From Lama glama (taxonomy: Eukaryota): DNA of 64,000 nt. The stretch lies in assembly GCA_028534125.1 (NCBI GenBank), contig CM052818.1:45200001-45264000 (forward strand). The letters run 5' to 3'. Below are positions 23,961-35,788 of the stretch, piece by piece. A model generated the notes under the pieces. The model was not told where the DNA came from. It saw nothing but the letters and a program-made list of their open reading frames with translations, and did not search any database. Made by a program: the position numbers and the translations under genes. Every line of letters starts with the position of its first letter. Position 1 is the stretch's first letter.

Positions 23961-26088
23961 GGCCCGTTTCCATTCTCTTGGGTGATTTAAGCTTCACCCT
24001 GAGAACGAACTAGCACTTCCTCAACTGAGGGCTGGTCCACTTCTCTCTGATTTTATTCAGTCCACAAACATTGAGCACCCACTCTGAGTCCGGGCTGGGG
24101 GACAGAGGCAGAGGCGAGTCAGCCCCAGCCCTCCCCTCCCTCCCCACCGCTTCAGCTCTCAGTGTAAGTGCTAACTGGGGGCAAAGACTGATGGGGGGCG
24201 GTGGTCAGAGGAACCGAGACACAGGCGAACTTCACCTGTCTGCTCTAATCAGCGTGCTGGGTTAACATCTATTTTCTTAGATTATGTTCTCTCCATAGGA
24301 TGGAATATGGAAAAACCATTAAAAAAAAAAAAGGATCAGGTAGCTCTATGCGTACTGATGAGGCTATAATGCAAAGCAGATGAAAAAAGCAAGTTGCAGA
24401 ACAGTAAGTATAAATGATCCCACTTGGGGGATGAGAAGAGTAGAAACAATTAACCAGGATTACCTATGGGCAATGGGACTGCAAGGAACTCTTACTTTCC
24501 CTAGTATATATTTCTGTACTTGAATTTTTTTTATCTTACTGTGTTCATGTATTACAACTCTATTTAAGAAAAATAAAAATATGGTTTTTAAAAATGTCAT
24601 ATATTGATAATTCTTTTCAAAACTATTTCTGCCTATACTTTTAAGGGAAATACTCAGTTTTATCAAGCTTAAAAAAGATACTAAGGACATCCATCTTGAC
24701 CTGTCTCTTGAGCAAAATGGACAACCGTAAGGATGGGCAGGCTGTGCAGCATGGGGCCTGAGGACCACTGATTTTTCAGGTGGGCAGGGACAGTCGGGCC
24801 CTCCTATACTGTCAATGGCTAGAACATTCCAAGTTATCTTGAGTGCGTCTTTCAGCCTAATGCCATGATTCTTGCCATTAGACGTGTCTGGCGAGGGGGG
24901 TGATGAGAAGTGCTGGTCAGACCTGGTCTGTGTTTAGACAAAACCACATTGGCAGCCATGTGAAGGACAGAAACAGAGGACCAGGTAAGAGCCTTTGGCA
25001 ACAGCCAGGCAGGTGAGACAGGAGAGGGGGAAGAGAGAGAACAAAGGCAGGATGGCAGGCCCGCCAGGGATGGAGGGTAGCAGGGGGAGGGAGGAGGATC
25101 TGAGGATGAGAGAGCAGAGGCCCCCACGCAGGCCCTGAGTTTTGGGGAAGGGCGTGAGGGCACAGGCAGAAGCAGGGAGGAAGGAGGGAGGGGCCAGGAG
25201 GGAGAGGAGCCAGTATCTGGGTGAAGCCTCTGCAAGGAGAAGGAATGGCAGAGGGAGGCCAGGAAGCCCTGGCGGGAAAGCGAGAGCAGGGGAGTTGACC
25301 GGGGAGGTGGTGGGAGGGGAACTGAGTCAGGGGTGCTGGGGAAGGGGCCAGCGAGACCACCCCAGAGGGGCCGAGGGTGGAGGAGCCTGGAGCCTGAGGG
25401 CGGGAGCAGGCCAAGCAGGAGGAGGGGGCAGCCAGGACCCCCCAGGACATGTTCAGGACACAGGACATGTTCAAACACAGTAGAAAGCAGGCTTCAAAAA
25501 ATATTTCCTGTTTGATTCCATTTTTGTAGAAATTTAGTAAAAAGTATGCATTATCTATAAATTCAAAAACACAAATCTGAAAGATGCTAGTAACTCCAGC
25601 CCGCTAGCAGTATTTCCTCTTGGTGTTAAAGTTACAGGTGATTTTTATTCATCCTTTTTGCTTATCTATTGTTTCTAAGTTTCCCACAGCAAATTTTTGT
25701 TAAAAAAAAAAAGGTAAAACAAGTTGTGTTGTGGGTTGGGTTGGGTTTGGGTTTAGTTTTGTGCTGTCATGAGGGCTGGGCGTCAAAGGTCCAGGACAGA
25801 GACAGTGCTGGTGTTTCTTCCAAGAGCCACTGGGCCCTAGAAGGCTGCACAGAGCACCGGACAGCAGGGGGCCTCAGGGCTGAGGGAAGGTTAACTTGAC
25901 TCAGCAAACCCTAAGCCTGTTGCCAAGAGCCAGAAGGAGTGGAGGAAGAGGGCAGGACGGCCAGGGCATGTCCTAGAGGAGGCTGGAGGGGCCAGAAGGG
26001 GGAAGGCAGAGCCCAAGTGGCCCCAGGGCTGGCCCCTCCCGACCTCCCCGCTGCAGGACAGCCCAGGACAGACATCTCCTCCACGCAC

Positions 26089-26186
26089 CTGAGCACGGAC
26101 TCCACAAACACTCTCAACGCCTTGATGTGGATCCAGGCGATAAAGGCTTCACTGAAGTTCACCTTGAGCCATCGGAGCAAGGGGCC
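26089..26186 (-). CDS. ATP6V1C2: ATP6V1C2 exon 12 ([33 protein letters not shown])
   Basis: ctgcag acceptor, gtgcgt donor, 98 nt; highly conserved subunit C motif. Confidence 0.97.
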
Positions 26187-27039
26187 CTGCAGAGACAGGA
26201 GAGTGGGTGACCCCTCAGGGCCACTCTCCCTGATGCCAGGCCAACAAAGGACATGGGTTTTGACAGAGCTGAGCCTGGAGCTGAGAAGAAATGCCCAGGG
26301 GCCAGCAGAAGCAGCCCATCGGTTGGATGAGGCCAGGGCGAGGCCCAGGCCCACGTTCTCGAGGGCGCCTGGTGCCAGGGACGCTCAGTGGGCCAGCCAC
26401 CCAGCACATGCGAGGGGCCACCACCGACCAGGCTGCGGGGCTGAACAGCCCCTGACCTCAGGGCTTCCAGCAGGCAGCTGGCAGGCTTCTGTCTGACACT
26501 GCACTGCCAAGGAGCCCCCCTCCTCGAAGGCTCTGCCCCAGCTCATGGCATCATCCACCAGCTGCCACTTCCAGAGGGTTCCTCACAGCCCCATTTCACG
26601 GGGCCATAGCTGCTATCACTGATGCTGGCGTGGCTGGTTGTCCAGGGAAGCTCAGAGTCTCAGAGCAAAGGCTCTGAGCTTCCACCTGATACCCACAACT
26701 GCCCAAAAAAGGTCAGGGGTGGGTCCAGCCAGGGCACCCAGAGGAAAAGAGCCGGGCTGCCCGACCGCCACCCCTCAGCCAGGACCTGCCCCATCACCAG
26801 CTCCAGCCACCTCCAGCCAGGACAAAGGCACCCACCAATCATTGCTGGGGAAGGAGGAGGGGCAGCTCCAAAGAGGCCCTGCAGATTAGGAGGAAGGCAT
26901 GATTCTGGGATCCCTGAATTTAAGACCTCAAAGCCATATCAGATAACAGGAAATGCAAGGATTGCTTTTCTCAAAAGACCACTGCGCTTGGCAAGGACAT
27001 GCGAGCCAGGGAACCCCAGGGCTCCGGGGGGTTGCTTAC

Positions 27040-27177
27040 CTCACCCTCGCCCTCACTCTCTCTCTCTCTGCCGGTCTGCCCCGCCGCAGCCCTATCAGGG
27101 TTCCCTAGCGGGGTTACCTTAACCTTGTGGTCCGGGAAGGTGGACGGTCCCTTTTTAAGAGCAACACTGGAAATATG
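27040..27177 (-). CDS. ATP6V1C2: ATP6V1C2 exon 11, 46-aa cassette exon ([46 protein letters not shown])
   Basis: ctttag acceptor, gtaagc donor, 138 nt, phase 0-0 and stop-free. It matches the known insert that separates the C2-a and C2-b isoforms and is missing from the supplied ORF track. Confidence 0.93.
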
Positions 27178-27802
27178 CTAAAGGCACAGAAATGATTTAT
27201 TAATCTTTCAGCAAACATGCATCACAAACAAACAGAAATCATTCTCACGGCCTCAAAGGCCATGAAGGCAAGTTCAGGAATGCTGGCCCACCCTTGGGAC
27301 TGGCGTGCCAGCTGGACTGGAGGTGTGGCCGTGCCGTCCACTCCTGGGGGGTGGGGTGTTCAAGTCCTCGGGCTCCAGATTCCAGAGGCAGGGCCCACAG
27401 CCCCTCCCTCAGCCTGGCCTTGGCCAGGAGCTCCCCTACAACAGGAGACCCAGGCTGGGGGGCTTAGGGGAACCAGCTCTGCCTGCCGGGTTGTCTGAGC
27501 TCGGCCAAGGCGTCTCCCCAAGTCCAGCCCACAGTAGCCTCCTTGGCAACCAGGGTGCACTTAAGCGTGCAAATGCAGAAAATCAGCCAGGCATGACAAG
27601 AGGACATCTCACCCTTTATCATCTTTCTTTGCAAACATACAGGTTCAAAGCACAGAAAAATACCATCCTGTGCTCTCAAAGGGAACTGAAACCTGGGACC
27701 TAGCCCATCCCCTCTGGTTTGCAAATAACAAAAAGGACACGGGATGCTGGTCATACCCACCTGCAAAAGGGCTAAAGGGGAAAAGAGATTCTTAAGAAGC
27801 CA

Positions 27803-27889
27803 GGGCAGGGTGGGCAGGTAGAGCACATGCTTAGCAAGTACAAGGTCCTGGGTTCAATCCCCAGGACTTCCACCAAAAAACAAAAAAAA
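27803..27889 (+). mobile_element. tRNA-Ala-derived SINE (camelid Vic-1-like)
   Basis: ggtagagcacatgcttagca...aggtcctgggttcaatcccc B-box followed by an A-rich tail. Confidence 0.75.
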
Positions 27890-28083
27890 TCCCTACATAA
27901 AAATAGTCAAAGCTATATGCATGTTGTTAAGAAAATAACATTTCACAAATGTTATTGATATAAATTCATTATTGTTTTCATTAATATTATTAATATGGGC
28001 ATTTAACTAACTTAAATGAACCAGTGAGTTATTATCTACATTATGGACAAAGTTAAGCTGAACTTTACATTAAGGATTAATGA

Positions 28084-28155
28084 ATCCCCAGTACAAACAA
28101 ATAAATAAAACCTAATTATCCCCCAAAACAACAACAAAAAAAAAACACAAACAAA
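28084..28155 (+). mobile_element. 3' fragment of the same SINE family
   Basis: aatccccagtac...aaataaataaaacctaattatccccc plus A-rich tail; matches the tails of the copies at 37055 and 42952. Confidence 0.55.
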
Positions 28156-29944
28156 GGCTGGGATAGGACTGACCCCAGCTGAACTCTGCTCCCTGGCTAG
28201 TGGGTGGTCTGTCCCCACCCCACGCCGACAGAGACGGGGCAGGGCTCCCCGGGGCAGCGTGGGGTGCAGAAGTCTACACCACATGATAAAGCATCAGCAG
28301 GCAACCTGAGACCAGGGCACAGGCGTCAGGCTCTGGTCTATCTCCTCGATCCCTGGGGGTCTGTGCCAGCGCGGAGGTGGGTGCCAAGGCCTGCCCCGGA
28401 CACTTGGGAAAGCTGCTACTAGCGAGAGACACCGTGGGGCGCTCAGGCCAGGATGGTAGCAGGTGGGGAGAAGGCTCAGCTAAAGAGAAGGCTGGGACGC
28501 CGCTGGGTTATTAGGGTTTTGGGCCATCTGAGCTGAAGGAGGAAGCCCTTTCGACCTCAGCTCTTGTCGGTGAGCCTCCTTCTGACCTGGGGAGTCAGTC
28601 TGAGGCCCGGGGTACGGGGCCCCGGCTTAGCCATTTGTCTCAGGAAGACGTGTTAGGCCCCAGAGCGTCAGCCCCAGCCCGACAGATTGTGGACCTAAGT
28701 GTGTGTTCCCTCAGTGTGCACAAACACATCCACACACGTAGGCGCGCTGATGCTTGTGGGGAGGAGGGCTGAAATTATGGGCACTTTTATATGGTCAGTT
28801 CCAGTTTCCTCAAAGAGCAGGGTAGGTCTGTCCAGTGGGGCTCTGAGGGCCCCACTTCAGGGGCCCCGTGGCTGGTTCTCACTCCTGAGGGGGCAACTTG
28901 TCCAGAGACCCTGTGGAAAGGCCACTGACCCAGAAAGGTCAGGCCGGACGTGCAGGACTCCCCAGCCCGATGCTGGAGAAGGCCCGGGGCAAACACTTGT
29001 CCTCGTGGGAAGCACTTGCTCTGGATCCAAGCACATAATTGCAGCTTCATGATTACACACCAGCTTTCCTCACCCCTCCCCTCCCCTCCACACTACAGGC
29101 TGAACTGGAAGCTTCCCTGAGATCCTTCCCTGGAGAGGCTGGGGCGGGGGGGTCGTCGGGTACCTGGAAACATCCCACCCAGTCACGCCTGCCTGGCTCA
29201 GCGAGAGGATGCCACGTCCACAATGTGCCCATTTTAAGGAGTGGCTTTCTCAAGGTTACACTGTTCCAATTTCAAAAATGAACGCTTGTTTTTCTCCCTC
29301 TCGAGCCCGGCTGCCCTCACACACAAGAAGGTTCTGAGTGGCTGTGGTCGGAAGTCTCTAGGGTAAGCACTCACTCTTTGCTAAAAGCACAGAGGAGGTA
29401 AATATAGGTGCTGGTGACGGAGGACGTCACTTCATGCCCGGAAATCACACCGACAGGGACTTTGGGGTGACCGCTGGCTGCACTCTCCCAGGTGGTGGCA
29501 CCGCGCACTCTGGGCCCAGGTGCTCCTTCCTGGAGCCCTGGCCTTGCTCAGCCTCAGCGGGGCAGGCAGGCTCCTCTCCTAGAGCAAATGCCCGTGTCTC
29601 TCAGAGCCTCAGGGTCTCCCCCGCAGGACGGAGCTGAGTCCCTTCCCGGAGGGCAGTGCCAGGACTCCGTGAGCTCGCGCTCATGTGGCAGGTGCTCAGC
29701 GCTGCAGCTCACGGGTCCAAGCCACCTCCATGTGACCTGTGCTTGTCAGCCTCCCCCAGACCCTGCTCTGGCAGCCCCAGCAGAACACATGTTCCTGGTG
29801 GTGTGCACCTGGGGAGCGGGCCCGAGGGGAGCTGGGCAGTGAGGACTAGGCAGGGCCCTTCTGCTCCAGACCTCGGATGCAGGTGGGAGGGGGCCCACCC
29901 AACATCTTGCACAAAAACCCTCCCAGCTGGTATCTTGTACTCAC

Positions 29945-30038
29945 ATAGTGTTGCTTCTTATCTGACAGCAACCTGGTCATCTCTTCCTTTTCCCTTTTAA
30001 TTTCTTTCTCATCATAGTAAAATTCACGGACAGTGAAC
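29945..30038 (-). CDS. ATP6V1C2: ATP6V1C2 exon 10 ([31 protein letters not shown])
   Basis: tttaag acceptor, gtgagt donor, 94 nt. Confidence 0.96.
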
Positions 30039-30148
30039 CTTAAAACAAGCACACGAGAGGCCTTCACTAAGAAGCTCCCACTCAGAGTAGAGACCCCTCC
30101 AGTGGAGACAAAACAAACCCGGAGAAGCCCATTGAGGCCAGCTCTTAC

Positions 30149-30241
30149 TTGTTCTCTTTGGCTTTGATTTTGAAATCATCGATCACTTTTCGAAACAGAG
30201 TCACTGTGAAGAGGCCATCGTTGTTGTCCTCGGCAATCAGT
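30149..30241 (-). CDS. ATP6V1C2: ATP6V1C2 exon 9 ([31 protein letters not shown])
   Basis: caacag acceptor, gtaaga donor, 93 nt. Confidence 0.96.
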
Positions 30242-31561
30242 CTGTTGGAGAGAAGCATTTGTTCAGCGGACTCCCCTGCAGGCCCTGGAGCTGGGCCAGG
30301 AGGAGCCTGTCCTCTCCCCCGGGGAGGGAGTCGTTGCAAGAGGCACTGCGTCCCCTCAGTCAGCCCGGTGGCCGGGCGCCGAGGGCAGGAGACCAGGGAT
30401 GTCCCTCGCTGTTTCCTCGCACCTGTGCCGTGTGGCTTTTGGCTGCCTGCTCCTTGCCATAGTCTCCTGCCTCTTCCACTCACCCTCCAGGCTGAGGTCT
30501 CAGGGCCTGCAGGTGATCTAAATGCAGGCCCTCAAGGGGAGGAAAACACTGGAGACCTGTGCAGAGCTGGGGTTGGCTCCTGGTCATGAAATGGCCAAGA
30601 GCAAGCTGCTCCCAGGTCTTAGTCACCTCATGTGCGTAGGAGCCTGGCTCTGACGTGCCCTGGCTGTAATGAAGCAGGCAGAGTTCCAGCTGGTGGAAAC
30701 CATCCCACAATGGGCATTTCACATCCAGGGTCACAGTGTTTAACGGACACGGCCTCCCTGGCACACCTTGATGTAGGACCACTACGGCTGCTGTCCCTAA
30801 CATGGAGGTCACTGGGGCTGGTGGTCTAAGTGTCTTTGAGTCCTGCTGGCCAGATGACCTGATACTGGGAGCCCTTGGCCCCAGGCAGTTCTCTTGGGCC
30901 TGCTGACCGGGTCACCTTCCCTGCTTCTCAGAGCCCACACCCACAGGGGCTGACCCCAGGTTCTAGAAACCTTTCCAGTCATCTCTGCAGACTCTCAGGT
31001 GCCCTCAGACAAGGAAGGGCCTGGGGTTCTTGTCTGAGACCCAGGCCACCTACAGAAGTAGCCTCTCCCAGTGACAGTGTGGTGGGCGGGGGGCAGCACT
31101 TGGCCATGGAGAGCCGGCCCTGGAGAGGAGTGAACACTCCTGCCAAGCCGGCCAGCCTCCAGGGCCAGCTCCTCTGCCCGCCTGGATGCCCTCCTCCTCC
31201 TGCAGGTAGGGTGGCCCCTGGCTTACTCCTCCAGTCTCCCCTTGTGACCTCAGGCTGTGATCGTCCTGTTCCCTGCACCCCTCAGTTTAGCTCCAGATGG
31301 CTATCTCCTGTGAGTTTGTGACTCTGGGTAAACCAGCCTTGTAGCAGTTGCCCCAGGCCAGAGGCTTCCGGGCTGGGATGGGAGTGGGCAGGGCTGCCCT
31401 CACACTGGGCTCCGTGTGCTGGGAGGCAGATGACAGCACGGCTGCCCAAGATTCGCTGTCAAATCATTTAAAATGACAAGCTATTTCAGACACAGGAAGA
31501 AGTATGGAGACTAACGAATACCCATGTCTCCCCCACCCAGCTTAAGACAGAAAACAATTTT

Positions 31562-31956
31562 TATATATGTGGAATCAAAAAAAAAAAGGACACAAATGAC
31601 CTACTTATTATTTATAACTTAGATGACAGATTTCTTGAATACGTGTAGTACACACATTCGACTGTCCTCTATGACTGGTTACTGCCTTGTGTTGATTCCT
31701 ATTTTGTAGTTGGCTTTATTCCTTTGATAACTATGTAAGTTTAAAAAGCTACAGCTCTAAACTGTTAGTAGTAACAATGATCAGTACATAAATGTAAACT
31801 AAAAAAATACGTGCAGTATATTGTATGTATGTGTTTACATGCAATATATTGTAAATGTGCAGTCAAATTGTAACAGTTCTACCTAATAAAACTAAAAAAT
31901 GAAAAAAATCGATGAACTTCATCAAAATAAAAAAACTTAAACAAAAAAAGAAAGAA
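31562..31956 (+). mobile_element. TSD-flanked composite retro-insertion (short L1 3'UTR piece + unrelated AT-rich body + A-rich tail)
   Basis: Perfect 13-bp TSD agaaaacaatttt at 31549-31561 and 31957-31969; AATAAA at 31885-31890 and 31926-31931; A-rich tail. Confidence 0.75.
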
Positions 31957-32716
31957 AGAAAACAATTTTCATACAGTAGAAGCCGCACGTGCCCTCCCCA
32001 CCCCAAGGTCACTGCTGTGCTGAGTTTGGGGTTTCTCATCTTTAAACACCCCATAGCTCTGTGTCCCTGTCTAGGCCCAAGTAACATACAGTTTACTTTC
32101 ATCCATTTTTTGATCTTAAATGAATGGCTTTGTGCTCTGTGTCCTCTTCTACAACTTGCTTTCTGCTTAACATCATACAATGAGATTTATCCCTGCTCCT
32201 GCAGGCAGCTCTAAATAGTTGGTTTTCCCAGCTGAATGGTATTCACGATTTGAATATGTTTCTCTATCCCTTCTCCTGTCACTTTTCCAGCCCTCTCTGG
32301 CCGCTCCTGCCCTGACCCCAGCAGGCCGCACAACTGACACTGTTTTCCTCTCCTGCTTGAGCTCTGTGGCCATCATGGCCAGGCGCTTGCTTGACCCTCA
32401 GGTGGGGAAGCATCGACACTAAGCTGGGAATACAGAGTGGAGTGTAGCACAGGCCCTGCACGTGCGGAAGGCAACCTCTGCCTGAAGGTAGTCAGGGAGG
32501 GCTTCCTGGAGGAGGGGGCAGGAGAGCGGAGTTCTGAAAGATGGAGGGAGTCCGGCATGTGGCTGGGTGTGGCCATGAAGGAACTCCAGGGATAGGCACA
32601 AGTATGGAGGGCTGAGGGCCCTTGCACCCTCGGGGCATGTTTGGTGGTTGGGTACCAGAGCACCGACACATGTCCCCCAGCCCCAGGCCCTGGGGCCAAG
32701 CTGGGATCTCACTTAC

Positions 32717-32785
32717 TTGGTCGACCGAGGAACTACCATGTCAGAGAGGGATTCATAGGTTTTCTGCCATTGTGCGTAGCTTGGT
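32717..32785 (-). CDS. ATP6V1C2: ATP6V1C2 exon 8 ([23 protein letters not shown])
   Basis: ttgcag acceptor, gtaagt donor, 69 nt. Confidence 0.96.
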
Positions 32786-33399
32786 CTGCAAGAGAATAGG
32801 ACAGGGCAGTGATTTTTGAAGAAAAGGCTGTGAGGTGTCCTGAATGTTTAGGAAGCTGCATCCCCCTCCCCAAGGAACTGAGATGAGCAGGGCTGGGGCC
32901 AGAGAGAGCCCCAAACATTCCCTGAGGCTCCGCCATTGGGCACTGGGGCTTTCCTCCCACCCCATCCTGGGCCCAGCCTCCCCAAAAGGGCCCAGGTGCC
33001 ACGAAAGGGCCAATGGTAGGGACTCAGCCAGAGATTCCTGCTGGGAGCTTTCTAACCGTGGCCCTGAGTGGCCTTGGGCAAGTCGACTGACCTCCCTGGC
33101 CTCAGGACAAGGAAACAGTACCCGGCCCCCCGCCGCAGGCTTGGTATGAGTGAAGTGAGTGCCAGTCTGTGGCACTGGGCACACAGCAGATGCTCAAGGA
33201 ATGGCTGCTTCTGTCACTGCTGTCACGGCCACAGGCACTGTCACCTGCTCCTGTTACCACCCACACGGCTGCCACTTAGGGCCCCGGGATCTGGCTGTGG
33301 GGGACTCCCCCTTCCTCTCAGTTGGGCAGGACTAGCTTCCTTCTGGGATCCCCCGCCCCAGCTGAGACCCCTAACCACCCACCTTCCTGGCCCACTTAC

Positions 33400-33498
33400 T
33401 TGGGGACAATGACCAGAAGTGTGATCAGATACTCGGAATCCAACACAAAGTCTTCTTTGCTCACAATATCGCTCAGTGTCCGAGTAAAGAGGTTTCCC
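33400..33498 (-). CDS. ATP6V1C2: ATP6V1C2 exon 7 ([33 protein letters not shown])
   Basis: attcag acceptor, gtaagt donor, 99 nt. Confidence 0.96.
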
Positions 33499-35696
33499 CT
33501 GAATCCAAGAGGGACAAAGGAGTGTGACCAGCAGAAAGGCACACGGAAGCAGACAGACCCCCGGCACACCCAGGACACGCAGGTGCTGGGACAGCAGGGG
33601 CAGCAGGAAACGGAGGCTCAGGATGCTCCCTGGGGAGGGGCAGGGGCCTTGGGCTAAGCATCCACCTGGCTCTGGGTCTGGGTGGCCAGATGTGCTGTGG
33701 CTGGCAGGACCCCAGGTGCTATCACCAGTCACCCGAGCTGAACGCAACACCCAGTCACCTGCGCCGCCCGGGTGTGAACTGCCGGCTGTTGGGAGGGGAT
33801 TGCTGGCGGAGGACAGCTTAAGTTACTCAAGTGTCAACACAGCGGCCAGCTCTCGGAGCCACCTGGGCTGTCCTGGGCAGACACAGACCCAGAGAGAGCT
33901 CCGTTTCACTTTACACGAGGTACAGGCCTGCTGGGGACAGTCACCTGAAGGAGCTTAGTATGTGTCCAGTGGAACCTGGTCTCTTCGAGGTCATGGTATT
34001 TTTAGCCCAGGGATCAAGGCTGTTGTATCAACAAATGGGCCAAAATACAGCTACTAAGACAGCCTGTAGCATCAGCACGTGGGCCATGATGCTAACGAAC
34101 ACATCAGTGCCCGCTGCTTCCCGAGGAGAGGGTTCTCAAGCCCTTAGCCAAGGCCGAAGCTTTAGGTCAAAACCACCCTACAGAGGCTCTCCAGTCTGCC
34201 CTGGAGCCGCACTCCTCTCCCCCCCGGCGCAGCCACCACTGCGAGGCCCTAAGGATCCCTCTCCAAAGGCACCTGCACTTGTCTTCCTTTCCCGGCGCGT
34301 CCTGAACACTATCAGGCCTTATCTGTCTGTGCAAACAAAGCCAACTTTCCATAAACGTTTGCTGAATGAATGAATTGTGAACCCTACAGAAATTATATTT
34401 CATTCTGGTTTGCATTTTAAGGGCCTGGCACGAGACCAGAGTATAGTAAGTGCTTAATGAACACTGAACAAAAGAAGGAAAAGACTAACAGAAGAGGGTG
34501 GTGAAGACGGTTTCTCCCTCTTCACCCTCCCCGCCTTTACTCAGTGTAGACATTCAATCCATCAATCACTGTTACAACGAATCAGCTCCACCAGTTGACT
34601 GCAGAGGTGGGACCAGGTTTGCTCCAGTCCCAAACAATTCTGAGGAAGTCCCGAATGATGCCAGGCGTGATGGCCCCGCAGTCAAACGTCCCCAAGGTCC
34701 ACTGATTGGAGCCATGACAGATCTATGCCACGGTCGCCCTGAGGGCTCTCTGCCGCTGGTGCCCTCCCCCTCTGCCCACCTCACTCCTCCTTGGTAGGGC
34801 CAGGGAGGCAGCAGAACTCAGCTGATGCCCATTTAGTTCTGATGCAAAATCAGGCAGCCAACAACGATGGTTTCTCGTTAGAGAGCATTCCCCCTTTGGT
34901 TTTCAATTTTCCACTAATTTACTATTTGCTTTTTTCACAAGAGACAGCTGACCCTGTACCCATCAGAAGAGAAAAACAGAAGTGGGGGGGGGCGTGCAGC
35001 TCACAGGGTGAAGCCATCAGAGGGGTGGCCATATGAGGGGACAGCTGGTTCTGAGCTCCCGAGGGCCACTGCCCTTCTCTGGAGTTTTCACAGAACTGCC
35101 AACAAAATCAGATCCACTATCGGGGGAGACTGGGAGGATCCCCCCATGCCAACACAGCCCTGCTCAAGAGAGACCTCCAGCCTCCCCAGCAGGAGGCTTC
35201 TTCTTACATACCTCCAACAACAGGGTGCTCACTACCTCACAAGATAGTCACTGCTGTCATGACCCTGGGTTTGTGCTCTTCGGTTACCTTCTATCTTGGT
35301 GACTAGTTGTGTCTGTGGGCCAGGCAGCTCCTCCCTCCCACATGCAGCCTCTTGCTGCTGGGTGTGGGGAGGGGCCTCTGTAAAGCTTCCACGGAAGGAG
35401 TTTGGGAGAACACCTCAGGTGTCCTCAGTAAGGGAGTTGAGTAAGGGAGGTTGAGAAAACGAAGAAGCTTCCAGCATCACACTCCTCTCTGGGCACAGGC
35501 AGAGCCCCCTCATCTGCTCCAGGTCCTCCTCCCCCAGCACGCGGCTCCTGAAGAGGCAGGGGTGCCTCTGTGTCTGTCTGTGTGTCTAGCTGGCTCTCTC
35601 TCTCAGCACAGACACAGACGCCGGCTCACCCAGTGAGCCAGGACGCTGCCCAGCCAGGCCCGAGGCTGCAAGGAGCGAGGGAACGGGGCTACTCAC

Positions 35697-35788
35697 ATGG
35701 ATTTCTTCTCCAGATTCTCCAGGTTGGTCTTCAGAGTGTTGTAGGCGGCCGTTCGGGACTTCAGATCAGTCTCGATCTGTGCCAGTTG
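35697..35788 (-). CDS. ATP6V1C2: ATP6V1C2 exon 6 ([31 protein letters not shown])
   Basis: aaatag acceptor, gtgagt donor, 92 nt. Confidence 0.96.

Noticed and set aside
24852..25515. Several long overlapping ORFs (up to 208 aa)
   Set aside because: Low-complexity purine-rich/pyrimidine-rich strand asymmetry suppresses stop codons, and the products are P/S/L- or G/R-rich nonsense.
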